A DNA stretch of 64,000 bases from Fibrobacteria bacterium (GCA_037447435.1 JBBIGR010000010.1:32001-96000), one strand, 5' to 3'. Positions 36,710 through 47,254 are shown, counted from the stretch's first letter. Numbers and translations are program-made. The notes: generated by a model not told the origin, from the sequence alone.

Positions 36710-37453
36710 ATGAAAAAAATAATGTTGGCGGGAACGGTTATCGCGTCCGTCGCTGCCTTTACGGGATGTTCGAATATTACAATGCTTCGCATCGCTGAAC
36801 TTAAGCAGGTTGAGGCGCACGTCGATTCCCTGAAAGCGGATCTTGCGGCAAAACAGGATACAATCCAGCAAGAACAGAAAAACCAGAATGAGTTGTTTCG
36901 GTTGATTCGGGCCGATATGCAGGTTCGCTTCGAAGAGCTTTCACAAAAATTTTCAACGTTGGAAAGCAGTATTTCTGAAAGTAAATTCAAATTATCCCAG
37001 ATCGAAAAGAAAACGACGGATATTCAGGAACAATGGAAAGCGAAAGCTTCTGCGGATTCGACCGATATCGCAAAGAAAAACGGCCAGGTTGAAAAGATAT
37101 TTCAAATTGCCTATGGCGATTACATGGCGGGTCGCTTCGACCTTGCTGCAAACGGTTTCTTAGACGTTATCAATCAGTTCCCCAATGCGGAGCAAGCCGA
37201 TGATGCAACCTATTGGATGGCGGAATGTGCGTTCGGAAAAAAAGAGACCGACAAAGCGGAAGCTCTTTTTTCCGATTATTTACGGAAATACCGCGAAGGG
37301 AAAAAAGTCAGTTCCGCTCTTTACAAACTTGGATTGGTATTCGAAATTAAAAAGCAAAGTGAAAAACGGAAAATGGTTTGGCAAAAACTGATCAGCGGAT
37401 ATCCCGACTCGCCTGAGGCTACCATGGCGAAAGAGCGATTAAGCAAGTTCTAA
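36710..37453 (+). CDS. cpoB: CpoB/YbgF TPR and coiled-coil lipoprotein
   Basis: Lipobox FTGC; coiled coil; TPR 'ADDATYWMAE', 'ALYKLG', 'YPDSPEA'. Confidence 0.85.
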   Translation: MKKIMLAGTVIASVAAFTGCSNITMLRIAELKQVEAHVDSLKADLAAKQDTIQQEQKNQNELFRLIRADMQVRFEELSQKFSTLESSISESKFKLSQIEKKTTDIQEQWKAKASADSTDIAKKNGQVEKIFQIAYGDYMAGRFDLAANGFLDVINQFPNAEQADDATYWMAECAFGKKETDKAEALFSDYLRKYREGKKVSSALYKLGLVFEIKKQSEKRKMVWQKLISGYPDSPEATMAKERLSKF

Positions 37454-37467
37454 TTATAATTCAATTG

Positions 37468-37511
37468 AAAAAAAAGAGAGGCGACATTTGTTTTGTCGCC
37501 TCTCTTTTTTT
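37468..37511. terminator. Bidirectional intrinsic terminator
   Basis: AAAAAAAAGAGAGGCGACA-tttgtt-TTGTCGCCTCTCTTTTTTT between convergent genes. Confidence 0.88.
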
Positions 37512-37512
37512 A

Positions 37513-39783
37513 TTACTTTTTTTCCATTGTTTTCATTTGTTGCTTCAGTTTTGAAATTTCGTCATCCAATTGTTTCTGCTTGTCTTGCATTTTCTGCTGC
37601 AAATCCGTCTTGTCTGACAAGTTGGATATTTTCTGTACGATCGCCAAAGTGTATTCTACATCGCTTTTGATGGTTTCGACATTTCTGGCGAAGAATGATT
37701 TTCTGTAAAATTCATCGTTAAAAAGATAATATCTGTCTAATTTTGTTTTTCCGTCAAGCTGCAGAGTATGCAAACTGTCCGATTGATGCAATACGGTCGA
37801 CGATTGCAATTCCAAAGCGATTTTATTGACGTCAAAAGCGAGAACTTCATAGTTCTTTCTGTTGACTCGATATTGCACGGTTTGGTTTTCCAAAGAATCT
37901 TTGGATGGGCCGCCCAGGGTCTTGGCTTTTTCAGATGCGGCAGTAAGTACGGTTAAGGCCGGTCCGTATTCCTTGAGCATCAAATGCGCATATGCTTCTA
38001 TCAGGCTTCCTTCGCATTGTAAAGGAGCTTTATTGGTTATTTTTTGAAGCAATTGACCGTTTGTTATGCAATCGTTCCATTGACGGGCACGAAGTGCGGT
38101 CCAGCACATTCCCAAAAGTGCGTCCTCGTAGAAATAACTTTGTTTCGAAACCATTCGTAATGCGGTAACGGCTTTGGACAGGGCCAATTGTTCGTAAAAC
38201 ATGAAACCCAAAAACACGTATGACCGGTTAATTATTTCCCGTTGCTCGTTCGTTTGCACTTTTGCCTCGATGCAATTGCCGAGGGAATTTAATGCGCCTT
38301 CCATGTTATAGGTAAGCACATAGGAAATCGCCAGAGAATGTTGCGCAAACGGATATTCGGGGTGAGTTTCGGGGATTTGATTGAACAATTCTATTGCTTG
38401 TGCATATTGTTTCTGTTTCATTTGCGTTTGAGCCATTATGTAATATGCATGGAATTTCAGCGAGTCCGGGACATCGGAACGATTGAGCGCTTCAAATTGG
38501 GTAGTGACCGCGGCCGTGTTATCGTCGCGATAGGCGATTCGCATGAGTCCCAAATCGGCATGCGGTACAGCAGAGCTTCGAGCATAGTCGTTTTTCATTT
38601 CCTTGTAGTTTTGAGACGACAATTCCCGCATGTCCATTTTTTCAAGACATGCACCCCTGTAATATTGCACCCAGTCATTTTTAAAGAAAGTGGGGAATTG
38701 CACCACGATTTGACTGAATAAAAAGAACGCGTCCCAATATTTTCCGGCAAAATACAGCTTGCAAGCCCTCATATACAAATCGTTTGGCGCCATGTCCAAA
38801 GACCTGACCATACTCTTCGCATACGCTTCTTCACGATGCAACCCGAAATCCCCGCGTAAATAAATGGAGTTGGAGAAAACGTCGTTGTCGTTGGTCATTT
38901 TAGTGAATTGGTAAAGAATCGAAAAATCACGGCCGTTATTGATTTGAGGAAAGTTCATTCCGCCGGCAAAGCCGAAGTAGTCGGTGCCTATCATGCCGTA
39001 TAAATTCAAAGCCCGTAAAATCCAGGCGCCTAAACGAAGTCCGTATTTGTATTCAATGGCGCTTGGAACATTTTCTTTTATTGCAGCATAAAGATTTTTT
39101 ATATCAAAATCAACACCAAAATCTATTTGCCGGTCAAAGTAATAGCTCGCCCAGGAGGCTTTTATGTTATTCGAAAAGTTCTTGTTGCTTACATCCGAAA
39201 AGCTCGAAAGGTTTTGGACCGTTATGCCAAGTAAATGTTCACCTAAAACGGGGTCTAAAACAAGGCGGTAAGATAATCCTAAATCGCCGGAAAGGTTAAT
39301 AATCGGTGAACCAAAATTGGAATAATAAGAAGTATTAAGGTTCAAGCCAATACTAAGGCCTTTCCAAATATTGTTTGCATATGAGAACATGAAAATGTTT
39401 TTACTTCCGCCCAAGGCTTCGGATAAGGAGCCGATGGAGTCGCCGACCCATGTTGTTCCGGAAATTGCAGGAGGTATTTCGCCGAAATAGGAAAATCCCC
39501 ATGATTGAAAAAGGCCGACCGGAATTGTTACTCCGCCCTCAATCAATTTAAAATCTTCGCTCATTAGACCGCCGCCGATTCGACCGGAAAAATAATTTTC
39601 CTCGGTTAAAAACGCGGGGTTAACGCTTGGAGAATGGCGTGAAAACAAATCTCGCCAACGCGTCGTGACCATGAATTCGTCCGGCAGGGCTGTGGCGATA
39701 ACATTAAGACTTGCGCATCCGATAACAAGAGAACAGAGAGCAATTTTTTTTAAGCAACTGATCGAATCCTGATGCATCCTCAT
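37513..39783 (-). CDS. Putative outer-membrane beta-barrel (FadL/PorV-like) fused to TPR repeats and a coiled coil
   Basis: Signal peptide; early 'SVNPAFL'; Gly/aromatic beta-strands to ~aa 315; TPR helices; heptad-rich C-terminus. Confidence 0.65.
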   Translation of the reverse strand: MRMHQDSISCLKKIALCSLVIGCASLNVIATALPDEFMVTTRWRDLFSRHSPSVNPAFLTEENYFSGRIGGGLMSEDFKLIEGGVTIPVGLFQSWGFSYFGEIPPAISGTTWVGDSIGSLSEALGGSKNIFMFSYANNIWKGLSIGLNLNTSYYSNFGSPIINLSGDLGLSYRLVLDPVLGEHLLGITVQNLSSFSDVSNKNFSNNIKASWASYYFDRQIDFGVDFDIKNLYAAIKENVPSAIEYKYGLRLGAWILRALNLYGMIGTDYFGFAGGMNFPQINNGRDFSILYQFTKMTNDNDVFSNSIYLRGDFGLHREEAYAKSMVRSLDMAPNDLYMRACKLYFAGKYWDAFFLFSQIVVQFPTFFKNDWVQYYRGACLEKMDMRELSSQNYKEMKNDYARSSAVPHADLGLMRIAYRDDNTAAVTTQFEALNRSDVPDSLKFHAYYIMAQTQMKQKQYAQAIELFNQIPETHPEYPFAQHSLAISYVLTYNMEGALNSLGNCIEAKVQTNEQREIINRSYVFLGFMFYEQLALSKAVTALRMVSKQSYFYEDALLGMCWTALRARQWNDCITNGQLLQKITNKAPLQCEGSLIEAYAHLMLKEYGPALTVLTAASEKAKTLGGPSKDSLENQTVQYRVNRKNYEVLAFDVNKIALELQSSTVLHQSDSLHTLQLDGKTKLDRYYLFNDEFYRKSFFARNVETIKSDVEYTLAIVQKISNLSDKTDLQQKMQDKQKQLDDEISKLKQQMKTMEKK

Positions 39784-40031
39784 GGGGAGTCCTTTAGGAT
39801 AAGGTGGGGGATAAAAGGATTGTTCCCTAACTTAAACTTTTACTTTATCGTTTTAATAAAAGGGCAAAAATAGTAAGTATTAATAATTATATGATATACA
39901 CACAAAATCAGCATCAGTTTATAATATAATAATTTTCCGGCAGATGTTCTTTTAATTTAATAGTTTCCTAAACATTATTTCAGGTTATATTTTCCTATTC
40001 GGATGAAAGAAGCAACCTTAAGAAAGCATTG

Positions 40032-41048
40032 ATGAAATTTTTAAATTTCACGTATAGTATTTTATGCATAGTTTTGCTTTTATCTTCTATTTATTCTGCC
40101 AGAGGTGAAATAGCCGTCGATTCCGCAAAAATCCTGCTTGTTAATCAGGATTACGAAAAAGCTGAAAATGTGCTGTCAAGAATCATTGCAAAGCATCCGG
40201 AAAATATGGAGGCCGTTTATATGTTTTTGGCCGTAGAACAAACACGGGTGCTTGATTATGAGTCATATACTGTTGAAGCCGATACGTTTTATTCTCGATG
40301 CTATTCAACCTTGGCAATTCTCAATAAAGCCCTACCGTCCAGAAATGGTCGGGAAAACCTTGATTGCAGTTTTTACATCGGAAGTACGTATGGCGGGATG
40401 AGTTTAATGCAGGCAAAAGTCGGCAGTTGGCCTTCGGCGGTAAAATCGGGATTAAGTTCGCTCAATTATTACAAAAAGGTTATTAAAACCGATCCGTCTT
40501 ATTTTCCCGCATATCTTGGAATCGGGGTTTTTAATTATTACATAAGTCAAAATTTAAAATGGCTTCCGTTTTTTGGAGATAAAAAAAATGAGGGATTGGA
40601 ACAAATCCGGACTGCGACTAAATCGGGATTTCCCTATTCTATTGTTGCGCGCAATTCCCTGTGTTGGATACTTGCGGAAACCGGTCAATTGGGAAGCGCC
40701 GATTCGGTTGCCTCGGTCGTACTAAAAGATTTGCCCGACAATACAATTTTTATTCGATTAAAAGCAAGAATCGCCTTTTGGAAAAAGGATTGGCCTGCAG
40801 CGATATTCTGGTCAAAAAAGCTTGTTTTTCTATCAGAAAAGCGGACGCCGGTCAATTGGTCGGATTTGTTTTCCGGGTATCAAATTCAAATCGCCTGCTA
40901 CGATGCTCTATCGAAAAAGAAATTATGCCTTGATATGTGCAAAAAGGTATTGTCCAAAAATGTACCCGATCCGTATAATAAAATCCCTTACGTTCGAAAA
41001 CACCTTAAATTCATCACTGAAATACAGAAGAAATATTCCTGGCAATAG
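40032..41048 (+). CDS. Secreted TPR protein
   Basis: Signal peptide; 'DYEKAE.VL', 'DPSYFPAYLGIGVFNYY...WLPF'. Confidence 0.75.
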   Translation: MKFLNFTYSILCIVLLLSSIYSARGEIAVDSAKILLVNQDYEKAENVLSRIIAKHPENMEAVYMFLAVEQTRVLDYESYTVEADTFYSRCYSTLAILNKALPSRNGRENLDCSFYIGSTYGGMSLMQAKVGSWPSAVKSGLSSLNYYKKVIKTDPSYFPAYLGIGVFNYYISQNLKWLPFFGDKKNEGLEQIRTATKSGFPYSIVARNSLCWILAETGQLGSADSVASVVLKDLPDNTIFIRLKARIAFWKKDWPAAIFWSKKLVFLSEKRTPVNWSDLFSGYQIQIACYDALSKKKLCLDMCKKVLSKNVPDPYNKIPYVRKHLKFITEIQKKYSWQ

Positions 41049-41069
41049 TACATCGAGTATTTTCATTCC

Positions 41070-42713
41070 ATGACCGAAAATAAAAAATATGTAATCGTTA
41101 CTATTGTTAAAATAATAGCAGCAATGTGGTTTTTTACCGAATCAATACGTGCCGAATATTGTCCTAACCTCCGAAACGACCCTGTAATCGATCGATTTAT
41201 GTATCAAATTTCATCGCGGTATACTATCGCGTTACCGGCATCGTTTTTTTCACAGCCGATGAGCGTTTGCGATGTGCTGTCGTTTATTGATAAAGCAGAT
41301 TCTCTTTCTGCCGTAGGAAAATTATCCTCCGAAGAAGCCTCGGATGCTCAACAAATCAGAAAGAGAATTCAATCGTCTTCCGGAATTGTCCATGTAAAAA
41401 ATGAAAAGTACAACAGTAACCTTTCAATTCATTGCGCTGTAATCGATACCGACGAAGTATCTGCCGGAAACGGGAATGCGCAATTCGTTCGCGGACTTTT
41501 ACGACCATCTTTAAATGCCAATGTCGGCAATGTTTCTTTTAACAGCGAAGTGGACGTTTGGACCGATTGGCGAAGCGATACCGTATATAAACGGAGTTCT
41601 TATCAACCGTACGACGGAGTTCCTTATAATTTATACAATAGAGCCGATTCCAGCAGTGTGAGGTCGTCGGATCTTTTACGCGGCGGTATCAGCTACGACA
41701 GCAAAGTATTTCGACTTGAAGCCGGAATCGATCGGCTTCGGCAAGGCCCGGCTGTATTTAACCCCTTGACGTTTTCCGGGTTTTCGCCACCCATGACGTA
41801 TGTAAAGGGGAGGCTTTCATTCGGTTTCATGGATTATGTGCAGGCCGTCGGTTTGCTGCAAAGCGAGAAAGATAAACCGAAATATTTTTACATGCATCGA
41901 GTGACAATGCCTCTTTTTAACTCGAATGTGGTTGCGGGAATAACCGAGGTAGTCATTAACGGCAGTACTACGAATCAACAACCGGACACCGATAAAGTAA
42001 ACGCTTTGCGTCCCGCTTATTATGGGGAGACCCGAACATGGGAATTGGCCTACATGATTCCGTTCGTGCCTTATTCTTTTGCAGAACATTTTTTAGGAGA
42101 CCGCGATAATAAAGCGCTATCGTTCGATATTACGATTCCGTTTCCCCGGGATTTTCGGTTGTATATGGAGTTTTTCCTTGATGATTTTACCACTCCGTGG
42201 GGTCTTTTCTCCCCCGATTGGGGAAATAAATGGGCCATCACTCTTGGAGGACAATATTTCACCCGGGTTTTTTCAAAGGACTTGGTAACATCGTTGGAAT
42301 ATTGCCGCGTTGAGCCATGGGTATACACGCATTTTTATGGCGGAAGCCATCGTTACGACAATTTCAATCAACCGCTTGGTGCGCCGATAGGGCCAAATGC
42401 CGATATGATGACTATAACGATGGAAACGCCGATTTGGGCAAACCACTGGATCGGTTGTGCGTTTACAAACAATAGAAGCAATCCGTCGTATCGTGGAGGA
42501 AAGATAACCGATGTTTTTCAAGACCCGACGTCTTTAAACCCTCCGGATTCACCAAAAAAGGTATTTCTGGCAAGTAACGGTCTCGAAATTGACACCCGGT
42601 TAGGTGTGCTTTGGAGTTATAATCCATACGGGATTTTTCGCGTCGCAGGAAAATATGAATATGATTTTACCGGAAAATCTTTATGGTCTTTAAACGGCGG
42701 GTTGTTTTTTTAG
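41070..42713 (+). CDS. Capsule assembly Wzi-family outer-membrane protein
   Basis: 'GDRDN', 'YMEFFLDD', 'EYCRVEPWVYTH', 'LGAPIGPNAD'; C-terminal Phe. Confidence 0.72.
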   Translation: MTENKKYVIVTIVKIIAAMWFFTESIRAEYCPNLRNDPVIDRFMYQISSRYTIALPASFFSQPMSVCDVLSFIDKADSLSAVGKLSSEEASDAQQIRKRIQSSSGIVHVKNEKYNSNLSIHCAVIDTDEVSAGNGNAQFVRGLLRPSLNANVGNVSFNSEVDVWTDWRSDTVYKRSSYQPYDGVPYNLYNRADSSSVRSSDLLRGGISYDSKVFRLEAGIDRLRQGPAVFNPLTFSGFSPPMTYVKGRLSFGFMDYVQAVGLLQSEKDKPKYFYMHRVTMPLFNSNVVAGITEVVINGSTTNQQPDTDKVNALRPAYYGETRTWELAYMIPFVPYSFAEHFLGDRDNKALSFDITIPFPRDFRLYMEFFLDDFTTPWGLFSPDWGNKWAITLGGQYFTRVFSKDLVTSLEYCRVEPWVYTHFYGGSHRYDNFNQPLGAPIGPNADMMTITMETPIWANHWIGCAFTNNRSNPSYRGGKITDVFQDPTSLNPPDSPKKVFLASNGLEIDTRLGVLWSYNPYGIFRVAGKYEYDFTGKSLWSLNGGLFF

Positions 42714-43121
42714 CTACTTATAAGCCGATAGCTTAAGAGAGTCCATGACCGACGCGTTTTTAGGATTTCCTACGTTCTTTAAAATCCATAGGTATTCGGC
42801 ATAGCCGCCGTTTAGGCCGATGCGAACGCAAATAAGGTCTTGTGCTTTAATAAAATTTTCCTGTAACCTGGCTTGTTGCGCGGCATCGGTCGTGGAAAAG
42901 GAATCCTGATAAAGGATGCTTAAAGAATCCAGAAACGGGTTTACTCGAAGCCAGTTTTTTAATTCGGAAATGGAAACGACGGAATCCGTTCGAGGAATAA
43001 AATCCGTTTTTTTTATTCCTGCCCGATCCGTATCATTTTTAATTAAAGGTTTTTCTTTCTGACAACTTCCCATTAAAAACAATAAAGCGATTGATACCGA
43101 GAAAAAAACTCTGTGTTTCAA
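42714..43121 (-). CDS. Hypothetical lipoprotein
   Basis: TTG start after AAGGAG; lipobox MGSC. Confidence 0.65.
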   Translation of the reverse strand: MKHRVFFSVSIALLFLMGSCQKEKPLIKNDTDRAGIKKTDFIPRTDSVVSISELKNWLRVNPFLDSLSILYQDSFSTTDAAQQARLQENFIKAQDLICVRIGLNGGYAEYLWILKNVGNPKNASVMDSLKLSAYK

Positions 43122-43258
43122 CTGAGGCTCCTTTAAGGAAATAAATATCTTTTTTAAATTTACGTTTTCTATGGCTCATAGTCAATCCTAAATCGATAAT
43201 ACAGACATCAATACGAACATCGGTTTTTAGAATAACGCTGAATACGGTTGAAATAAAG

Positions 43259-44056
43259 GTGAAAAATAAAATCATGGGTCCCAAAAAACATCTTGGCCAG
43301 CATTTCTTAACCGCTGTTTCTTATGCACAAAAAATTGCAGACAATGTTCCTGCAGCTTCCCATGAAAATATTTTAGAAATTGGCCCGGGGAGAGGGGCTT
43401 TATCAGTGCATCTTGTTAAGCGGTTTCCCCTTTTCCATTGTGTTGAAATCGATGATGACGTTGTTGCTTTGTTGGAGGAAAAACTTGGAAAAGGCGATTG
43501 GTCATTGCATCGCAGCAATGTTTTGGAATTTGACTTTCGAAAGGCCGGATTTCCTCTTCATTGCGTCGGTAACCTGCCGTATTCGATCGGCGCCCATATT
43601 ATAAAGAAAACTTTGCTTTATGGAAATAATATCCTTTCTTGCACCTTTATGGTACAACGAGAGGTAGCCGAAAGGATTGTGGCAGCTCCTCATACCAAAC
43701 AGAACGGCTTTTTGTCAATATTCTGTCAATTTTTTGGGCGGCCCACGATTTTGTTCCACGTTCCTGCGGGCGCGTTTTTTCCAAAACCGAATGTCGAATC
43801 TTCGGTATTTCAAATTAAAATCGATCCGGACCTTGTTCGAAAACTCGCCTATGAACAATGGGAAAAATTTTTTGCCTTTGTCGATGCCGGCTTTAAAATG
43901 CGAAGAAAAATGCTTGTAAATGTGCTTGGGCGTGACGGAGGAAAACAACGGATAGTATCATTACTTGATGCATGCGGGATAGATGCGATGGTCAGGCCTG
44001 AGGACCTTGGTATCGATCAATGGTTGATTCTGTACAAAAAATCATGCGAGCAATGA
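43259..44056 (+). CDS. rsmA: 16S rRNA adenine dimethyltransferase (alternative start ATG 43274)
   Basis: 'KKHLGQHFL', 'EIGPGRG', 'GNLPY', 'MVQREVAERI', 'F.PKPNVES'. Confidence 0.96.
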   Translation: MKNKIMGPKKHLGQHFLTAVSYAQKIADNVPAASHENILEIGPGRGALSVHLVKRFPLFHCVEIDDDVVALLEEKLGKGDWSLHRSNVLEFDFRKAGFPLHCVGNLPYSIGAHIIKKTLLYGNNILSCTFMVQREVAERIVAAPHTKQNGFLSIFCQFFGRPTILFHVPAGAFFPKPNVESSVFQIKIDPDLVRKLAYEQWEKFFAFVDAGFKMRRKMLVNVLGRDGGKQRIVSLLDACGIDAMVRPEDLGIDQWLILYKKSCEQ

Positions 44057-46056
44057 AATTAAATTTCCTTTCTTTCTGGTGTATTCTTTTCGGCATCTTG
44101 GCCGATATACCTGCCCAGGGCATTGGCTGGAATACGGGACTTGTCCTGCCGCAAAGCGCAATAATTCAAGACTCAAATTCAATGAGTTTCGGTACACAAC
44201 AAGGGCTCTATATTAAAAAATTCACGTCTAAAGATTCCCTTCAAATAAATAAAAACACAGATGAGTACGGCCTTAAGCAGTCCGTCGACTATAATTTGAC
44301 TAATGACTATTGGCTTTCTTCCCAGGAACACATGCTCGATTTATCCGGTGAGATTGTAAAAAAAAGGTTGCCGCTGGGCATAACCTGCGGGATGGAATGG
44401 AGCCCGGTACTTTTGTACAATACCCACTCGACGGTAAAAGGCATTTTGGGTTCATTCGAACTCGGACCGGTCATGCGCGTCGAACCATATAAAGTCCCTG
44501 TTGCCGTTCATATCGGCGGTGCGATACGGGGATGGAACGACTCCCTTTATAATACCCTTTCGCAGCTTTCATCGAACGATTTACAAAAAGACAGAGGAAT
44601 ATATGCTGCCATGGAAATAGGGCGCCCGGACGCACGGCTATTCGGTTTGCCTCTTTTCGCAAGCATGACGGGATACGGTCGTTCCATGTCCACTTCAAAG
44701 TTGATTGCTGCGACAGGGAGCCTATTGGCATATCATGCCCTTGATAATGGTGACAGTTTGTTCGGAAATTATTCGGATTCATTGCTCAACGGGCGAAACG
44801 CCTTCTTAGGTCAATCCGGGGCCAAACCCCATTTTATAGAGGATCCTTCGAAAATCGAACGTTCGTATCAACTTTCCGCGGGTTATAAGGGTAATGCGAA
44901 ATTGTTTTTGGAACCATCGTTGCTATTTTCATATTCCGAACACACCTTGAGTTACCCTTTTGAAGCGACACTATTATCAGATAGAAAAAATACGGATTTT
45001 TCATTGGTCGGACTGTTGTCTGCGGTTTCATCGTTTCCGATTTCTTACAATGCCGGTATCAGGATAGACTGGGAAAATGAAGATAAATTGTATGGAAAGA
45101 CTTTGTCGACAATTGCCAATTCCGAAAATGAAGACAGTCTGAAAATTAACCTTGAAGATTATGCCGCATATCGTGTTACCATGACGCACGATATATCGAA
45201 GTTCTTGGCAAATGGTATTGGTTTGGAATATACTTTCAACATTTCCCGCTTTACGAGAAATTACCCGAATTATTATACGAAAAATGCCGATACGTTAAGA
45301 AATAACAATGATAATGATTTGATAGTGAATAAGCAAAAATTGACCATCGTGCCGATTCCTTCCTCATGGGGAACGACTTCGTTATATTACGAATTCTCAA
45401 AAAATTTGTCAAATTATATTCGAAAGGAAAAAAGCGGCCAAAACACAATCGACTGGTTATACCGGTTGGGTGCGACGTATAAGAATACCGTATTCTCGTG
45501 TTGTACATTATCCGAGGCGGTCAGTTCCGACGCCAAAGTGACACGATATGCATTCCCGACAATAAACAGGGGAAATCCGCCGCCGTATTCGAGGAAGCTC
45601 AATTCGTTAACCGTGATAGATCTTTCGGTAACCAAAAAAGCCGCTCTTTGTGCGGAAATCAACGAAACGTATTCCGACGACGGGACCTTAAATTCACGGG
45701 AATATCTTGATACAATCAAATTGGCAGATCCCCAGTTCATGAAAACATATCAGGATTACTATGCAATTAATGAAAAGCTGATGATGCATGCAATAAAATT
45801 TTCAGTTATCCTTAACCCTGTCGGTTCATGGTTTACCGCTCTTGGATGCGGCTATCTCTTGAACAATACAAAAACATATGATATTTTGACGGATAATTAT
45901 GAGATTTCTCCATCTGCGGGAAGTCGCGTATCGCCGTTTTTTAAATTATCCAAGGAACCGGGTAAAGGGATCGGCGGTAATGCGGAAATAACCTATAATT
46001 TCGACACTCATGAAAGCTTTTGGGACATAATTATTTCTTTATGCGGAGAATTCTGA
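44053..46056 (+). CDS. Hypothetical outer-membrane beta-barrel protein
   Basis: ATGA overlap with rsmA; signal peptide; Ser/Tyr/Asn-rich amphipathic strands; terminal 'IIISLCGEF'. Confidence 0.65.
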   Translation: MKLNFLSFWCILFGILADIPAQGIGWNTGLVLPQSAIIQDSNSMSFGTQQGLYIKKFTSKDSLQINKNTDEYGLKQSVDYNLTNDYWLSSQEHMLDLSGEIVKKRLPLGITCGMEWSPVLLYNTHSTVKGILGSFELGPVMRVEPYKVPVAVHIGGAIRGWNDSLYNTLSQLSSNDLQKDRGIYAAMEIGRPDARLFGLPLFASMTGYGRSMSTSKLIAATGSLLAYHALDNGDSLFGNYSDSLLNGRNAFLGQSGAKPHFIEDPSKIERSYQLSAGYKGNAKLFLEPSLLFSYSEHTLSYPFEATLLSDRKNTDFSLVGLLSAVSSFPISYNAGIRIDWENEDKLYGKTLSTIANSENEDSLKINLEDYAAYRVTMTHDISKFLANGIGLEYTFNISRFTRNYPNYYTKNADTLRNNNDNDLIVNKQKLTIVPIPSSWGTTSLYYEFSKNLSNYIRKEKSGQNTIDWLYRLGATYKNTVFSCCTLSEAVSSDAKVTRYAFPTINRGNPPPYSRKLNSLTVIDLSVTKKAALCAEINETYSDDGTLNSREYLDTIKLADPQFMKTYQDYYAINEKLMMHAIKFSVILNPVGSWFTALGCGYLLNNTKTYDILTDNYEISPSAGSRVSPFFKLSKEPGKGIGGNAEITYNFDTHESFWDIIISLCGEF

Positions 46057-46058
46057 TT

Positions 46059-46586
46059 ATGGTATTGAGGCGCATTTTATCGTTAGTATGCATCGGTTTT
46101 TTAGGTAATCTAATTTCCTGCGGTATTTTTTCACCCCGCCCTGTCGAATACCCGATTTCTACGGTTACCGAAGATCCATTTAATTTTGCCTCGATTTTAT
46201 GGAATACCGGGAAGAAATTTACAAAGCTTGAATACACAGACCTTTTTGATCCCAGTGTCGAATATATCGATATCAACGGAAGAATCTTTTACAAAAATGA
46301 AATCGTCAACCATTTAAACACCATTCAACGCCGACTAACCGTTCAGTCGATTGTGTGGACAAAAGATACTGCGAATCCCGATCTCGTCATTTCGGACACG
46401 ACCTATACTGCAAACAGAACCTATTCGGTTGTTGTCGTGGATACATTGCAAAAAGCCATCAGTTTTTCGGACAAGGCATCATTTAAACTGTCGTTTAACT
46501 CTACAATAAATGCCTGGACGGTAACCGAATGGACCGATAAATTTCCGGGATATTCCGTTTTTCATCCTTTATTTACACCCCAATAG
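46059..46586 (+). CDS. Hypothetical lipoprotein (NTF2/SnoaL-like fold suspected)
   Basis: Lipobox LISC then 'GIFSPRP'; 'Y.DLF', 'W.VTEWTD'. Confidence 0.65.
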   Translation: MVLRRILSLVCIGFLGNLISCGIFSPRPVEYPISTVTEDPFNFASILWNTGKKFTKLEYTDLFDPSVEYIDINGRIFYKNEIVNHLNTIQRRLTVQSIVWTKDTANPDLVISDTTYTANRTYSVVVVDTLQKAISFSDKASFKLSFNSTINAWTVTEWTDKFPGYSVFHPLFTPQ

Positions 46587-46594
46587 GGTATCGG

Positions 46595-47254
46595 ATGATG
46601 CATATGAAAAAAGTATGTACGTTGTTTGCGTTGACATTTTTGTTTTTTATTTTATCATGCAACAATCCTTTTTTGCCCCAAACCGGGGAACCGTTAAAAT
46701 CTAATGAAGGGCGTCAAACGCCCGAAGGCGTTATCGGGCAACTTTTTCATTCCTATGAAACCCGCCAGATAAATCTATTTACCGATCTTTTTTCCCCTTC
46801 AAAAGATTTCAGGTTTTATATATCAAAATCCTTTGAGCCCTATTATTTAGCATCTCATGGCGGCGGCAATCTGGAATATATCGACAGCAGTTTTGCCTAT
46901 GCGTATAAACGGGTGACGGATAATAATGCATATTATTGGACCTATAACGACGAAATGCAAATACATAATCATCTTTTTTCGATGGCGGTTGATATCCGTA
47001 TCCTTCAAATGCCGCAACAGATCGATTCGGGAAGCGTACGGTATTTTAAAGGTCCTACCGGCATCGATTACGCCGAAGTCGTGGTTCTTGACGGCAGAAT
47101 GCAAATAACTGCGCAAACCCCTAGTGACCAGGTTGTCGGAGACTATGTTGTAGACATGGGGGTGCAGGTATTTTATTTGGAAAGAGACCCGCAAAATACG
47201 AATTTATGGGTCATTGCAAAATGGTTCGATTTGGGCACGGCGTCTTCCACATAA
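46595..47254 (+). CDS. Hypothetical lipoprotein (NTF2/SnoaL-like fold suspected)
   Basis: Lipobox ILSC then 'NNPFLP'; 'TPEGV....SYE', 'F.DLF', 'WVIAKWFD'. Confidence 0.68.
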   Translation: MMHMKKVCTLFALTFLFFILSCNNPFLPQTGEPLKSNEGRQTPEGVIGQLFHSYETRQINLFTDLFSPSKDFRFYISKSFEPYYLASHGGGNLEYIDSSFAYAYKRVTDNNAYYWTYNDEMQIHNHLFSMAVDIRILQMPQQIDSGSVRYFKGPTGIDYAEVVVLDGRMQITAQTPSDQVVGDYVVDMGVQVFYLERDPQNTNLWVIAKWFDLGTASST

